A DNA stretch of 64,000 bases. It comes from Octopus vulgaris (taxonomy: Eukaryota). This document shows positions 13,250 to 25,919 of the stretch, piece by piece (the first letter of the stretch is position 1; each line of letters begins with the position of its first letter). A model generated the notes under the pieces. That model was not told the origin of the DNA and ran no database searches. It saw only the letters and a list, made by a program, of their open reading frames with translations. The stretch spans positions 29,140,001-29,204,000 of the forward strand of contig OX597818.1 in the NCBI GenBank assembly GCA_951406725.2, written 5' to 3'. Made by a program: the position numbers and the translations under genes.

Positions 13250-14534
13250 GGAAACCTTCTTTTCAGGTGCTGAATAACATCACTCCTTCCCATGTTCCCT
13301 CCCACATCCCTTTCCTGGTTTTCAGAGTTGGCACTCTAAATGTAAGCACATTGAAATGTAGGTCTAACATGATTATAGAAATGCTTGAATGGAGGCATGT
13401 TGATGTATGTTGCATCCAAGTGGTAAGGTGGAGGGGGGCTTCTGCCAGATTCTTCACAGGCAAGACACACAGGTACAAAATTTTCTGGGAAGGTAAAAGT
13501 GACAGAGTAGGTGGTATGGAAATACTTCTTGCAGACAGATGGGTGGATTAGGTCATAGAGGTAGTTAGAGTGTGAGTACTTAAGCTCAAGCTAGTTTTGC
13601 AGAATAGTATAGCTACAATTATATCTGCCTACGCCCCCACAAGCAGGCCTACTAAATGAACAAAAGGACCACTTTTATGATATTCTTCTGCAGGCTACCT
13701 CAAAGACGAGAGACAACGATTTTGTCTTTGTGGCTGGGAATTTCAATGGGTATGTCAGACAGCAGCCTGGTATCTTCCATGATGTTCATGGAAGCCATGG
13801 AATTGGTTTCCAAAACAAAGAGGGGACAAGGCTACTGGAGTTCTTTGATGCAAATAACCTTTTGATCTGCAACACCAACTTCAGGAAGCCAGCCAGATCG
13901 ATTTCATTCTCACTAGACAGTGTGATGCATGGTTGTTCTTAAATACAAAAACCCTCCATAGTGAAGAACGTACCCCCCACCAAACTCCAGGCCATAAGGA
14001 AGCCAAGAAGCAGATCAAACTGGAAAAGAAAGATTTGGAAGCTTAAGGACCTTTCAATGGTCAGAGATTTAGAGACACCCTAATTGAGAAATCTGGTGAG
14101 AGGGAGGAGGAGCTACAATGTTGGTGACATGTAAAGAACATCTTTTGAACATTGGGCCTCATGGTGGCAAAGTGGCTGAGTTCCTTTCAAGTATTGGGCC
14201 TGAGGGAGGGAATTTGGTTGAGTTCCATTCATGTGTTGGGCCTCACAGAGACGATACCCAAGACCATTGGCACTATGCTGTACTTGAGGAGAAGACCCAT
14301 CAAGCCAAACAAGATCACAGTCGTGGCAGATACCTGTGTCATGCAAACTGGTACCCATGTCAGTGGCATGTAGAAGCACCCATTACTCTCTTGGAGTGGT
14401 TGGCATTAGGAAGGGTATCCAGTCATAGAAAACCATGCCAAATGAGACTGGAGTCTTGTGCAGCCTTCCAGTGCCAGCCCAGTGAAACTGTTCAACCGAT
14501 GCCAGCATGGACAATGGATGTTAAATGATGATGT

Positions 14535-14535
<1 letters not shown>
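13250..14535 (+). mobile_element. RTE endonuclease fragment followed by an RTE/SINE tail
   Basis: RVGTLNV..VDVCCIQ..RWRG and AGNFNG motifs; tail module at 14330-14535. Confidence 0.8.
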
Positions 14536-14569
<34 letters not shown>

Positions 14570-14571
<2 letters not shown>

Positions 14572-17215
14572 GATTAGATTAGTGCTTCATCATAGATTAG
14601 CAACCATTATATTGGCCTATGCCCCTCATCCGAGACTACCCCATGGACAGAAAGACTGATTCTATGACACCCTACTGCAGACTACCTCGTTGATGAACAA
14701 CAGAGACCTTCTCTTTGTGGCTGGTGACTCCAATGGGCATGTTGGACAACATGCTGGGGGCTTCCATGGTGTACATGGAGGCTACGGTTATGTCTCCTGC
14801 AATGAAGAGGGAACCAGGCTGCTGGAGTTCTGCGATGCAAATGATCTTATGGTTTGCAAAACTAACTTCAGGAAAGCTACCAGACACCTAGTTACCTACC
14901 GATCGGGCCGACATACTAGCCAAATTGACTACATCCTTGCCAGGAAAAGGGAAAGATGGCTGCTTATAAATGCCAAAACCTTCCTAGGTGAAGAATGTAC
15001 CCCACAACATAGACTGGTAGTTAGTGACTTTAGGATCAGGACTAAGAGGACGACCAGAAGACGACCAACATGGAGAAGAAGGGTCTAGAAGCTTAAAGAT
15101 CCTGCCAATAGACAGATTTAGGGACATATTAATTGAAGCCTTTGACAAAGTAGAAGGGGATATAGCTTCACATGGGGTAGAAGACAACTGGAGGTTTCTA
15201 AGGGACAACCTGCTGAGAGCCACTGACCAGATCTGTGGATGGTGCAAAGTCCCCTCTCGACCCAAAATAACGTGGTGGTGGAATAAGGTTGTAGACAGGG
15301 CTATTAGAGAAAAGAGACAGGCTTGGAAGGACTGGAAGAATGGTGGTAGCAGGGAATCGTATCAGACTGCCAAAAGAGAAGCTAGGAGACAGGTTTATTT
15401 AGCCAGAGGGGAAGCAGATAAGAAAAAATTTACCAATGTTCTGCACCATGAGAACCAAAGACTTGAGGTATTTCATGTTGCAAGACTGTGTGAGAGAGAA
15501 TCGTGATGTTGTAGGAGAGAAATGTGTCCACATGGATGATGGTTCTCTTGCACTAATTGAGGCTGCAAAGAGAGAGGTTTGGAGATGCCACAATGTAGGT
15601 TACTGAATAAAGAAAATGAATGGGAGAAAGAGAGACTGCTGATTGTCGACCCAACAGAGGGACCAGCTATCCGAGTTGACAGTACCTTGGTAGTTAAAGC
15701 AATTAAGAGTATGAAAACAGGGAAAGCCCCCGGCCCATCAGGAATTACTGCAGAGATGCTCAAAATATCTGGCAGTGTCGGCATTAGCCTGGTCACCTGT
15801 ATAGTTAACCAGGTGATACACGAAGGAGTCATACCCAACGACTGGTGTAGCAGCATAATAGTCAGCTGCTACAAAGGTAAAGGTGACGCCCTAGATACAA
15901 ATAACTACAGGGGTATCAAGCTGCTGGATCAGGTAATGAAGGTTACGGAGAGGGTTATAGCCCAACTAATTAGAGAGAGAGTTAGCCTAGATCAGATGCA
16001 GTTTGGGTTCGTGCCAGGGAAAAGCACCACTGATGCTATATTTCTGGTTAGACAGCTGCAGGAGAAATACCTAGCCAAAGACAAGCCCCTGTACCTGGGT
16101 TTCATTGACATGGAGAAAGCCCTCGACAGGGTCCCCCGATCCCTTATCTGGTGGTCAATGAGGAAACTAGGGATAGATGAACGGTTAATGAGAGCTGTGC
16201 CAGCCATGTAAAGGGACGCTGTCTGTAAGGCAACGAGTACAGTGAAGAATTCCAGATAGAGGTAGGGGTCCACCAAGGTTGAGTGTCCTCAGCCCCCTCC
16301 TAATGACGGAGGAATTCAAGACAGGATGCCTCTGGGAGCTCCTCTATGCTGATGACCTTGCTCTAATTGCCGAGTCACTATCAGAACTAGAGATGTTTCA
16401 AGTGTGGAAACAAGGATGAGAATCGAAGGGCCTTAGAGTCAACCTAGCTAAAACCAAAGTCCTATTAAGTAGGAAGGCAGGCAAACCACAAATCCTTCAG
16501 GTAGTTGGCCCTGTTCGATCTCTAGAAAAGACGTAGGTAGAAACTCTATAAGAGGTATCCAGTGTAACCTATGGACACATAAGAGGTGCAGCAATATCAA
16601 AGGAAGGCTAACTGGGAGGATAGCTTTCGTATGTGGCAGATGCTTGGGCGCTATAAATAAAACTGAAAATGTCTAGAGAACAACTTCCGCCACATTCTAG
16701 GGAGAAAAACTAGAAGTAGTTGATAGCTTCTGTTACCTAGGTGACCAAGTCAGGAGTAGGGGAGGGTGCACTGAAAGTGTAGCTGCCAGAATAAGAATAG
16801 CCTGGGCTAAGTTCAGAGAGCTCTTACCTCTGCTGGTGACAAACGGCCTCTCGCTTAGAGTAAAAGGTAGACTGTACGACACATGTGTACGAATAGCCAT
16901 GCTACATGGCAGTGAAACATGGGCTGTAACTGCTGAGGATATGCGTATGCTCACAAGGAATGAAGCCAGCATACTTCGATGGATCTGTAATGTCAGTGTG
17001 CATACTTGACAGAGTGTTAGTGCCCTGAGAGAAAGGTTGGACCTAAGAAGTATCAAGTGTGGTGTGCAAGAGAAACGACTGCGAGAATGGATGTCGACAG
17101 CTGTGTGAAAAAGTGCCACACCCTAGCAGTTGAGGGAACCTTTTGAAGAGGTTCAATGAGGAGGAGGAGTATGAGGAGTATGATGATGATAATGATGACG
17201 ATGATGACGAGGAGG
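14570..17215 (+). mobile_element. RTE-type LINE (EN + RT), frameshifted
   Basis: ORFs 14690-15088 (AGDSNGHVG, QIDYIL, QHRLVV) and 15579-16211 (KAPGPSG, NYRGIKLL, QFGFVPG, DMEKALDRVPR); YADD-coding CTCTATGCTGATGAC at ~16343. Confidence 0.9.
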
Positions 17216-17503
17216 ATTGTGTTGTCACTTGCTATTTTACTGTGATACTTGTTCACAACCTTTCTTCTTAACCTGTTACACCATAAAATATCTTCCAATG
17301 TGTTTTAGCTGATTTTGTTTTGTATTCTGCAGAATAAAAGAAATCTTTTCTTTACATGTTATATTTGTACCATATTATTGTTTTTTCTTTGTTTTTCTTT
17401 TTATACATGGACTACAGTCAAATAACCTTGTTTTATTATATTAAAAAGGTTCTGCCATTTGGTGAATAATGTTTGATTTATTTTGTAATAATTTGTCTTT
17501 TAG

Positions 17504-17809
17504 ATGACAATGGGAATCTTTACCCAAGTTTTGAAACACCAAATGCCATAAAGGATAAAAAATTCACATTGAAATGCAATTTTGATACTGGTACAATAGT
17601 TTGGTTTACTGGAAATGGAACAATTATTGCTAAATACACTGGAACAGTAAACCAAAATTATCCTAAATATTTTGGTAGCCGTCAAGAAACTAGTTGCCAA
17701 GAGAAAATCTGCACATTGAGTATAACCAGCATTAGTTTAGATGAAGAGAACATGAGCATTATTTGCAGTTCTGGTCTCCATACAAGCATGTTCAATATTA
17801 CAGTATTTG
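17504..17809 (+). CDS. Internal exon encoding an immunoglobulin-like domain of a host gene
   Basis: TTTGTCTTTTAG acceptor and G|GTATGT donor; 306 nt, phase 1-1, stop-free. FTLKC..IVWF..TLSITSISLDEE..IIC..FNITVF fits Ig B/C/E/F/G strands; several NxS/T sequons. Confidence 0.75.
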
Positions 17810-17849
17810 GTATGTAATTATATTTTAAAATTTATTGTGTGATTTTATT

Positions 17850-18100
17850 CTCTACATTATTTACATTGTACAGATATGTATTCTCATCTTGTTTGTTACC
17901 ATGTTTCGGCTGATTTACTCCCCAACCCTCATCAGGTGTCCTGGTGGAATTTTGAACCCAGCCCTGGGTTCTCATTCCTAAGGTATTTTTGTTGATGCTA
18001 TTATTGTTATTATTATTATTATTTATTCAAGACACTACCTGGAATTGAACTTGGAATTTTGGGGTTAGTAGTTTACTCTTAACCACTTCACTAGATGCCC
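17850..18100 (-). mobile_element. tRNA-headed SINE-like element with (AAT)n spacer and hammerhead-like body
   Basis: Minus strand: AGTGGTTAAGAG (A-box-like)..AGTTCAATTCC (B-box-like), then (AAT)n, then CTGATGA-GGGTTG..CAGCC-GAAAC. Confidence 0.55.
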
Positions 18101-18719
18101 ACGTGGAATAGGAGAGAGAAGAGAAGGTAGTGAAGATGTGTTGGAGTCCCATCGGGTTACAAATAAATATATGCTGGTTGTAAAGGAGTGAGAAAGAAAT
18201 ACAAAGATGACACAACTCAGTTACATAGATGTGTATATGTATACATCCTCATCATCATCAATATCATTTAATGCCCATTTTCCATGCTGGTACGGTCTGG
18301 ATGGTTTAATAAGAGTTGGCAACAGCAGCAGTGGGTCACCAAATAACTTGCGAGACATAACTCCTTAAATGAGTGGGGAGTAGTATTGAGGGAGGTGGCT
18401 TTGTGCCAGATGATGAAAGGTTAGAGTATGAATAGAGGTACAGAAATTAGTGTCTTGCTGTTGAGGAGATACATGGCTACTCCAGGTGAAATAGGAAAGA
18501 GAGAAGCAAAGTGGTGAAGATGTGTTGGAGTACCATCAGGTTATAAGTAGGTAGTAATTAGACTGGAGAGGATGAGTAGGCAGTTAAGTTCATGAGAGTG
18601 CAAAAGAGTGTGTTGTGGAGAAGAGAGGTATTCATCAGGGATAGATTGTGTGCTTATAAGTTCATGAGAGTGCAAAAGGTAAGTGGGAGATAAAGAGGAA
18701 TGCAGTGAGAGGTGAACAT

Positions 18720-20120
18720 GGGTGAAGAGAGTGGGTGTTAGGAAGATGGCAAATAGCCAGCCATCTCTTCTGTGAGGCTCAACTTCTGAAAGTCACTTTT
18801 TACCAATTCGTTCCACCTCTTCCTAATCCTTCCTCTTCCGCATGTTCTATCCACATGTAGCAACTGGCACTTCTTTATGCTGCTGTCCTTACACATATGC
18901 ATTTGTGTAGCAATACCAGAGCAGTCTCCTCTCTTGCGCACTACACCTGATACCTCTTATACTGAATTTTTTCTCATCACATTTCTGCTTTGTTGTTTAT
19001 TTATACCAACATTGCACATCCATCAGCTCATGCTTGCTTCATTCCTTCGAACCTTCACATGTCCTCTGCATTCACAGCCCTTTTTTCACTACTGTGTTGT
19101 ATAACCATTTGTGCAATCTGTCTTTCACTCTGAGGAAGAAGCCCTTGTTAACAATCAAGAGAATAGCCTTCTGAACTTTCCTCAGTTATTATTCTAGCTA
19201 CTATGCTTTCAGGGTATCCTCTTTCACTACTAATTAGGTCACCTAGGTAACAAAAATTAACTACTACCTCTAAGGGTCCTCCTGAACATTTGAGGAAATC
19301 TATTTCCTGTGTGTTCTTAGTATTTATTGTATCTGCACATCTGCCAAACACAATGAGTACTCTCTCTTGTAACTTTTCTGTGATTTGACTATACCTTTTA
19401 TGTCTATAACATGTAATGGTTACAATGTATGGAATTTCTATCTACACTTTTTCTACATATCAAGCAGGGCTATTTCCCTGTCGAGATTATTAACGTATTT
19501 GCTTTCCTGCATACCAAGTCTTTGGGCTATGCTTAGTTAACTTTAAGGCCTTATGATTCCAAGCATTGCTTCCACACCTGATAATACTTTTTTAATGCTA
19601 CTGTAAATCCAGCCATAAGAACAAGGTCGTCAGGATACAGGAGCTTCCCACATGCAACCAGTCTTAAACTCCTCTGTTGTTGCTTGAAGGACTATGATGA
19701 AGAAGTGGGGACTAAGAATCAACCCCTAGTTAACTCCAACCTACCCACTAAATTTATTGCTATATTCATTGCTGACTTCCATACTGACCACCCAATGAGA
19801 GCACAACGGGCCCTGTCAAATGTTCTTTCCATGTCAACATATCCTATGTACAGTGGTTTATATTTGACTAAATATTTCTGCAGCTACTTTACTTAGAAGA
19901 TAGCATCAGCAGTAGTTGCCCTGGGACAAAAACGAATTGTATCTCATCTTTGTTAACTATCTTCTGAATTAGCTGAATTATGACAGTTTTCTGTAACTTT
20001 CATGACCTGCTCCAGGAATATCATGCCTCTAATTACTTCTGTCTAAGCCCTTTCCTTTACATTTGTAGCAGTTGTAGGGCATGATACTTTTGTGGACAAC
20101 CTGATTAACCATACCGAGTG
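18720..20120 (-). mobile_element. Decayed RTE LINE RT/C-terminal region
   Basis: Minus ORFs with LEVVVNFCYLGD and GRGRIRKRW; collinear with the plus-strand copies. Confidence 0.8.
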
Positions 20121-20499
20121 CCATGTAAAAGACACATCTGACTCATTCCAGCATTATAAATGGATATTAAACGGTGATAATGATGAAGATGATTGTGGTA
20201 ATTCCTGATTAACCAGGGGATTTCCTTGTCTTTATAGCCTTTATTCCTGTATCTGACTTACAGCTCTCAGTTCAGATACTGAGTCTCTACTAAGTTCACT
20301 TCAAAAAGACTCATGCTGGCATAGGTTGGACAGTTTGACCAGAGCTGGCAAGCTGGAGAGTTTCATCAGGCTCTAGTCTAATTTGGCATGGTTTCTATGG
20401 CTGGATGTCCTTTCTAGTGCCAACAACAGTGTGTCCTGGGTAATTTTACATGGCACTGGCACAGGACTCTTGCAGGCCAATTCTCTTCACCAGAGGGAC

Positions 20500-23400
20500 C
20501 AGTATTAACAATTCTATTGTGGAGCATGGGTCTTCTTCAGTACACCAAGGCACCAAGCATTTCAGTCCTTTGTCATCTTACCCAAAAGGTTTAGCATTCT
20601 GAGGTTGTCTTTAGTACCCATGTCTTCCTGGGTGTCCCATTCTGATGTCTTCTGTCTACTTAGGGAGACTGGCACTTCTTTATGGAGTGTCAGCATCATT
20701 CTTCATTACATGACCAAACTAATGCAGTCTTCTTCCTTGCACAGAGCATCTAATTCCTCTTATGCTTAACTTCTGTCTCAGTACACTAGCACTCTGTCAA
20801 ATATGTATGCTTGTATTACACATCCAACAGAGCATTCCAGCCTCATTCCTCTCTAACCTTTGCATGTCCTCTGCATTCAGGGCCTACATCTCACTAGCAT
20901 GTAGGATGTCTGTGTACATGTGTCATACAATCTTCCTTTCACTTGAAGAGAAAAGCCTTTCATAGCTAACAAATGTAACAGCTCTCTGAATTTCCTCCAC
21001 CCTATTCTTATTCTAGATATTACACTCTCCGTGCATCCTCCTCCACTCCTAACTTGGTCCTACTATCTCTAATGAGCCACCAGGGCTTTTGAGAGAATCA
21101 ATTTCCTAAGTCTCTATAGCATTTTCAACATATGAATATTACCTTCTCTGATAAACTTCCTATTAATCCACTGCACCTCTTGTGTGTCCATAGCTTATAC
21201 CGGGTACACCATATAGAGTTCTTACCTACACTTTTCTCAGAAATCAAACAGGGACACCTACTTGAAACAGGGAGGGTCTCGTCTGTTTTCTTGCTTACTG
21301 AGGCTCTAGTCTTCACTAAGTTAATCTTAAGGCTCTTAGATTCCAGATTTTGCTTCTACAACTGGAATTTCTCTTCTAGCTCTAATGTGAAGTCTGATAT
21401 GTGGGTAAGATCATCAGTATATAGTAGTCCCAAGGGCTGCTGGTCTTGAATTTCTCTGTTATGGCCTGGAAGCCAACAGTGAAAAGGTGGAGACTAAGGA
21501 CTGAGCCTTGATGAATTTTTTGCTGGACTCATGGTTAACTCTCACCTTATTGACAGCGTTTCTGTACATAGTCTGTACAACTTTCACCAGCCACTTGTCT
21601 ATCCCTAGTCTCCTCAGAGCACACCATATCACACAATGAGGTACTTTATCAAAGGCTTTCTCTAGATCAACAAATGCCAAGTATAATGGTTTATTCTTAG
21701 TTAAATACTTCTCTTACAGTTGCCTCACTATGAAAATAGTGTCAGCAGTGCTTCTCCCTCAGATGAAACTGAACTGCATTTCATCTAACCTTAATCATGC
21801 TCCTAATTAATTGAGCTATAACTCTCTAATTTTCATCACCTGGTCCAGGAGTTTGATAATTAATTACTTCTGTCTAAAGCATCCCCCTTACTGTTGTAGC
21901 AGCTAACAATAATGCTGCTACCCCAAACACTAGAATTTACATCTTCCTGAATGACCTAGTTAACTATGCAGGTGACTATCCTGTATCCTATCTTACCAGA
22001 TATTTTGAGCATCTTAGCTTTTAATTGCCTTGTCTACCATACTGCTGACCACTAGGACAGCTGGTCCCTCTGTTGGTTTCACTTGAGGGAGACTCCCTTT
22101 ATCACATTCATTCTCTACATTCAACAGTTTTGCATAGTAACTTTTCCACACCTCTTTCTTGTCTACATCATTAAATGTAAGCATACCATTATCCATCTGC
22201 ACACACTTGCAAAATATCTTGATTCTCACTGACACTCTGTTTGGTAATTTGGAGCACTTCAAATCTCTTATCTTCCCATTGTAGTACATTGGCAAATCTC
22301 TTCTTTTCTGCTTCTACTATAGCTAGATAAACCTGATGTCTAGCTTCCCTTTTAGCTTTCTAATATGATTAATTGCTACCCCCACCCTTTTATTCCATTC
22401 TTCATAGACCTATCTCTTCTCTTTTATGGTCCTGTCAACATTACTGTCCACCACCACATCACCTTGGCCTGGCAGAGGCTTTGCTCCAACCACAGATTTG
22501 GTCTGTTGCTCTTAGTAGATTGTCTCGTAGGAACTTCTAGTTGTCTTGTATGTTATATGTCTCTATCTCTTCCCCCTTCTCATCAAAGGCTTCATTAAGG
22601 ATATCTAAATCTCTGTCCTTTTGGAAGATCCTTGAGATTCTACAACATCCTTTCCTATATTGGCTTGCATCTCTGGATCTTTAGATCAGTGATCATATGA
22701 TTGGCAGGTTTTCTGAACTTGGTGTTGCAGACTGGTAAGCCATGAGCATCACAAAACTTCAGTAACCTTGTCCCCTCCTCAGTTCTGGAACTAAAACCAC
22801 AGCTTCCATGCTCACCATGAAATTCATTGGAGTGCTGTCCAACATGTCAATTGAAGACTCATACAATGATGTGAATGTTATCATCTTTCATTGTCAAGGT
22901 AGTCTGCAGATGTGGCCTTTCTGAGTATGTGAGTTTGATGTGGAACATATGCAGAGATCACTGACACAATTACATCAACCAAGGTTATTCTTAGCTTAAT
23001 AATCCTTAATCCTATCACACTACTTCAGTCACCTTATACTTCATTCCTCTGCTAATAGAATACCCATACTACTTAGTCTGTCTTTGTTGCCCTCTCAGAA
23101 AAATTTGTATCTCTGCCCCTTTGCCTGTAAGCAGTCTAGCTGAGGCTCCCTTCATTGTACCTCTTGGACACAACATATGAGGTCTGATCAATAAGTATCC
23201 GGACTTTTACCATAGTAACAAAGCTAAAGCACGCAGAGTGAAGTGCTTGGCACAGACTGACCTTGTCCTCTGTTGTGCATTTACACTAAGTTTTAACATT
23301 CTAGCTTACATCTGCTGTTTACAGCAGTGCTTCAAAGTAATGTGTGATCGTCACATTGACCATAACAGAGAAAAATGCCATGGCGATACCTACTCAGAAG

Positions 23401-24030
23401 CCTATGCAAAGCTGCAGAAAGTGTATGGAAAGGAGTGTATGATCTGCACACAAGTATACAAGTGGTTCAGACGTATCCAAGATAGCCAAAAAAATGTCGA
23501 TAATGATGAATGTTCTGGGACACCTGCAACAAGCAGAACTGAGAAAAACATCGCAGATGGGCATGCAGCTGTGAGGGAAAATTGTCAAATCACCATCCAT
23601 GAGTTATCAGATGAACAGGTTAATTATAGTTCAGTTCAGTCCATTATTACTGAAGATTTGGGTATGAGACGCATATCTACCAAGTTTGTGCCAAAACTGC
23701 TTTCAGCTAATCAAAAGGACACTGAGATTTTAGTTGCATAAAATCTCCTTGTTTGTGTCGAGAATGATGAAAACTTCTTTAAAATTTTGCATAGGCCTCT
23801 GAAAATTGAATAGGCTTCTGAGCAGGCCGATGTGATGAACATACACTACACACATTACTTCCAAACACTACTGTAAACAGTAGAAGTGAGCTAGAACATC
23901 AAAACTTAGTGCACATGCACAATGGAGTTAAAGGTGCCTAGCAGTTTCACTCTGCATGCTGTAGCTTTGTTACTATGGCAACAGTCCAGATACTTATTGA
24001 TCAGACCACATACATCTACCTGTCTCTGCT
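20500..24030 (-). mobile_element. Decayed RTE LINE (EN to 3' end), interrupted by mariner at 23178
   Basis: Minus ORFs MAFVDLEKAFDKVP, WTHKRCSG, LLNVENE..PTEGPA. Confidence 0.8.
23178..24010 (+). mobile_element. Internally deleted mariner element retaining the N-terminal HTH region
   Basis: TA-flanked TIRs TGAGGTCTGATCAATAAGTATCCGGACT / AGTCCAGATACTTATTGATCAGACCACA; ORF 23238-23741 has VYG..QVYKWFRR..TIHELS..LGMRRI.TKFVPKLLS; no DDD domain. Confidence 0.85.
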
Positions 24031-25919
24031 TCTGTAGAACTAAGGAGTCTTGAAGAATGCTTTCAGTTAATGAAAGAGAAATATTTTGGGGGTCACATGC
24101 CTAGAGGCTGCAGGTCCTTGTGTTTAGTGTCAAAAATAATGTTACAATTGCAGTTTTAATTTCCTTCAGTACCGGAAAGCCTAAAAATGTAATAAAAGAT
24201 ATAAACAATGCATTTATGCATATGCTTGAGTAGCTTTTGCAGAAGTGATGGTAAGTAGTGGGTGGGTATTAGAAATGGATTCAGTTGATATTGCATGATA
24301 GAATATTCCAACATGAAATTTACCAATCTAAGTTGAAATTAATTTGTCAGTGAGTAGAGAGATGAAATATTCATTATTCAAGATCTGAAATAACTGTATA
24401 TTTTCATAGAGCAAGACAGAGAAGTTAGGTTTGGTAGCAATTTGTTGTTATTTGCCTATCGATATTGAAAATAAAGAAATTTCAATCATTCAACCACATA
24501 AGGAAAGAGAAAGTGGGATAGAATTTGATATAAGCTTGAAATTTCACAATGGTAGGCCAACACAAGTTCTTTTAGTTTTTGTATTGAATTGGCTGCTGTG
24601 ATGTCATAAATTTTGCTGACATAAGCACTTCTAGGATACCTTCTGAAAATACCAAAACTTGTCAGTGAATCTGCTACTTTGTCTGTGTGATTTCTTAATT
24701 AGCCTAAAAATATTGCATGGCACTTGAAAATATGCATATAACTTAGTATCAAATTGCTAAAAAGAAAATGCACTTAAAGCATTAATAGGCTGCATACACA
24801 TGGATGCAATTTCCATACCAGAAAACAAAATTTGAAAGGGTTGGAATATGATGGCAGACCTCCAAAATTTAAAGAATGCATGCATGAATATAGAAAAGCT
24901 CCAAAAATTTGTTACAAGTATTAAAAAGGAAAATCACAAACTTTCATTATCACAACTTTTACCATTTTGAGAAAACTTTAAAAAAAATAACAGAGGATGG
25001 GGGAAAGGGGTTTATATTTACACTCACCCAACCTGGTGAAGAGTAGGGTTTACATAGGTATTTTTTACATTAAAAAAAAACATTCCATCTGCTTATAAAT
25101 GAGGATGAAAATTTATTTACTCTATTCCATGATCAAGAAGAAATTGCTCTTAAACTGGATATTTTCCAGATTGGTTTGTGTCTCTAAGTCCTTTTAACTC
25201 TCCAAGTCTGAAGTTGTTACCTGCTACATCATTATCAACATCACCATCATTACTTGATATATGTTTTCCATGTTTAACAAGAGCTGGTAAATCAGAGGGC
25301 TACACCAGGCTCCCGTCTTCTATTTTGGCATAGTTTCAACAGTTGGATGCCCTTCATAATACCAGTCACTTTACAAAATGTACTAGGAGCTTTTAATTTG
25401 GTTTCAGCATGGGTTTTTTTTATGTGGTGCCAGCATGGATGCTTTATTCATAGTGCCAGCACAGATGCTTTTCATGTGGCACCAGCACCCATAGCATTGC
25501 CAAGTAGCTTGCAAGACAAGACCATCTCAGTTGAGAGAAGGAGAGGAATGAAGAGAAGTGGCCATGTGCCAGGTGATAAGTGGAAGTATGACATTGGGAT
25601 TGGGATAGCTGTCTTACAACAGAGATGATACTTGGTAACCCAGTAGGACAATAAAGGGGAGGGAAGTGGGAGTAGAAGAGAGAAAGATATAGACAGTCAG
25701 AGAGAGAGAGAGGGAGACCTATCCAAAGAGAATAATGGTGAGGGATGATATTTAAAGGTATAACAAGTTATGGTGAGAAGAACTGGAGAGGCCTGCAGCG
25801 GATGGTGGAGTTGTTAGGGAGGTGGATTGTGGGTGGTTTTTGCCAGAGGATAGAATTATGTGTGTATGTGAAGGTGGAGCTATGGTTGTAAAAGGTATGC
25901 CTGTATGTATAGATGACCA

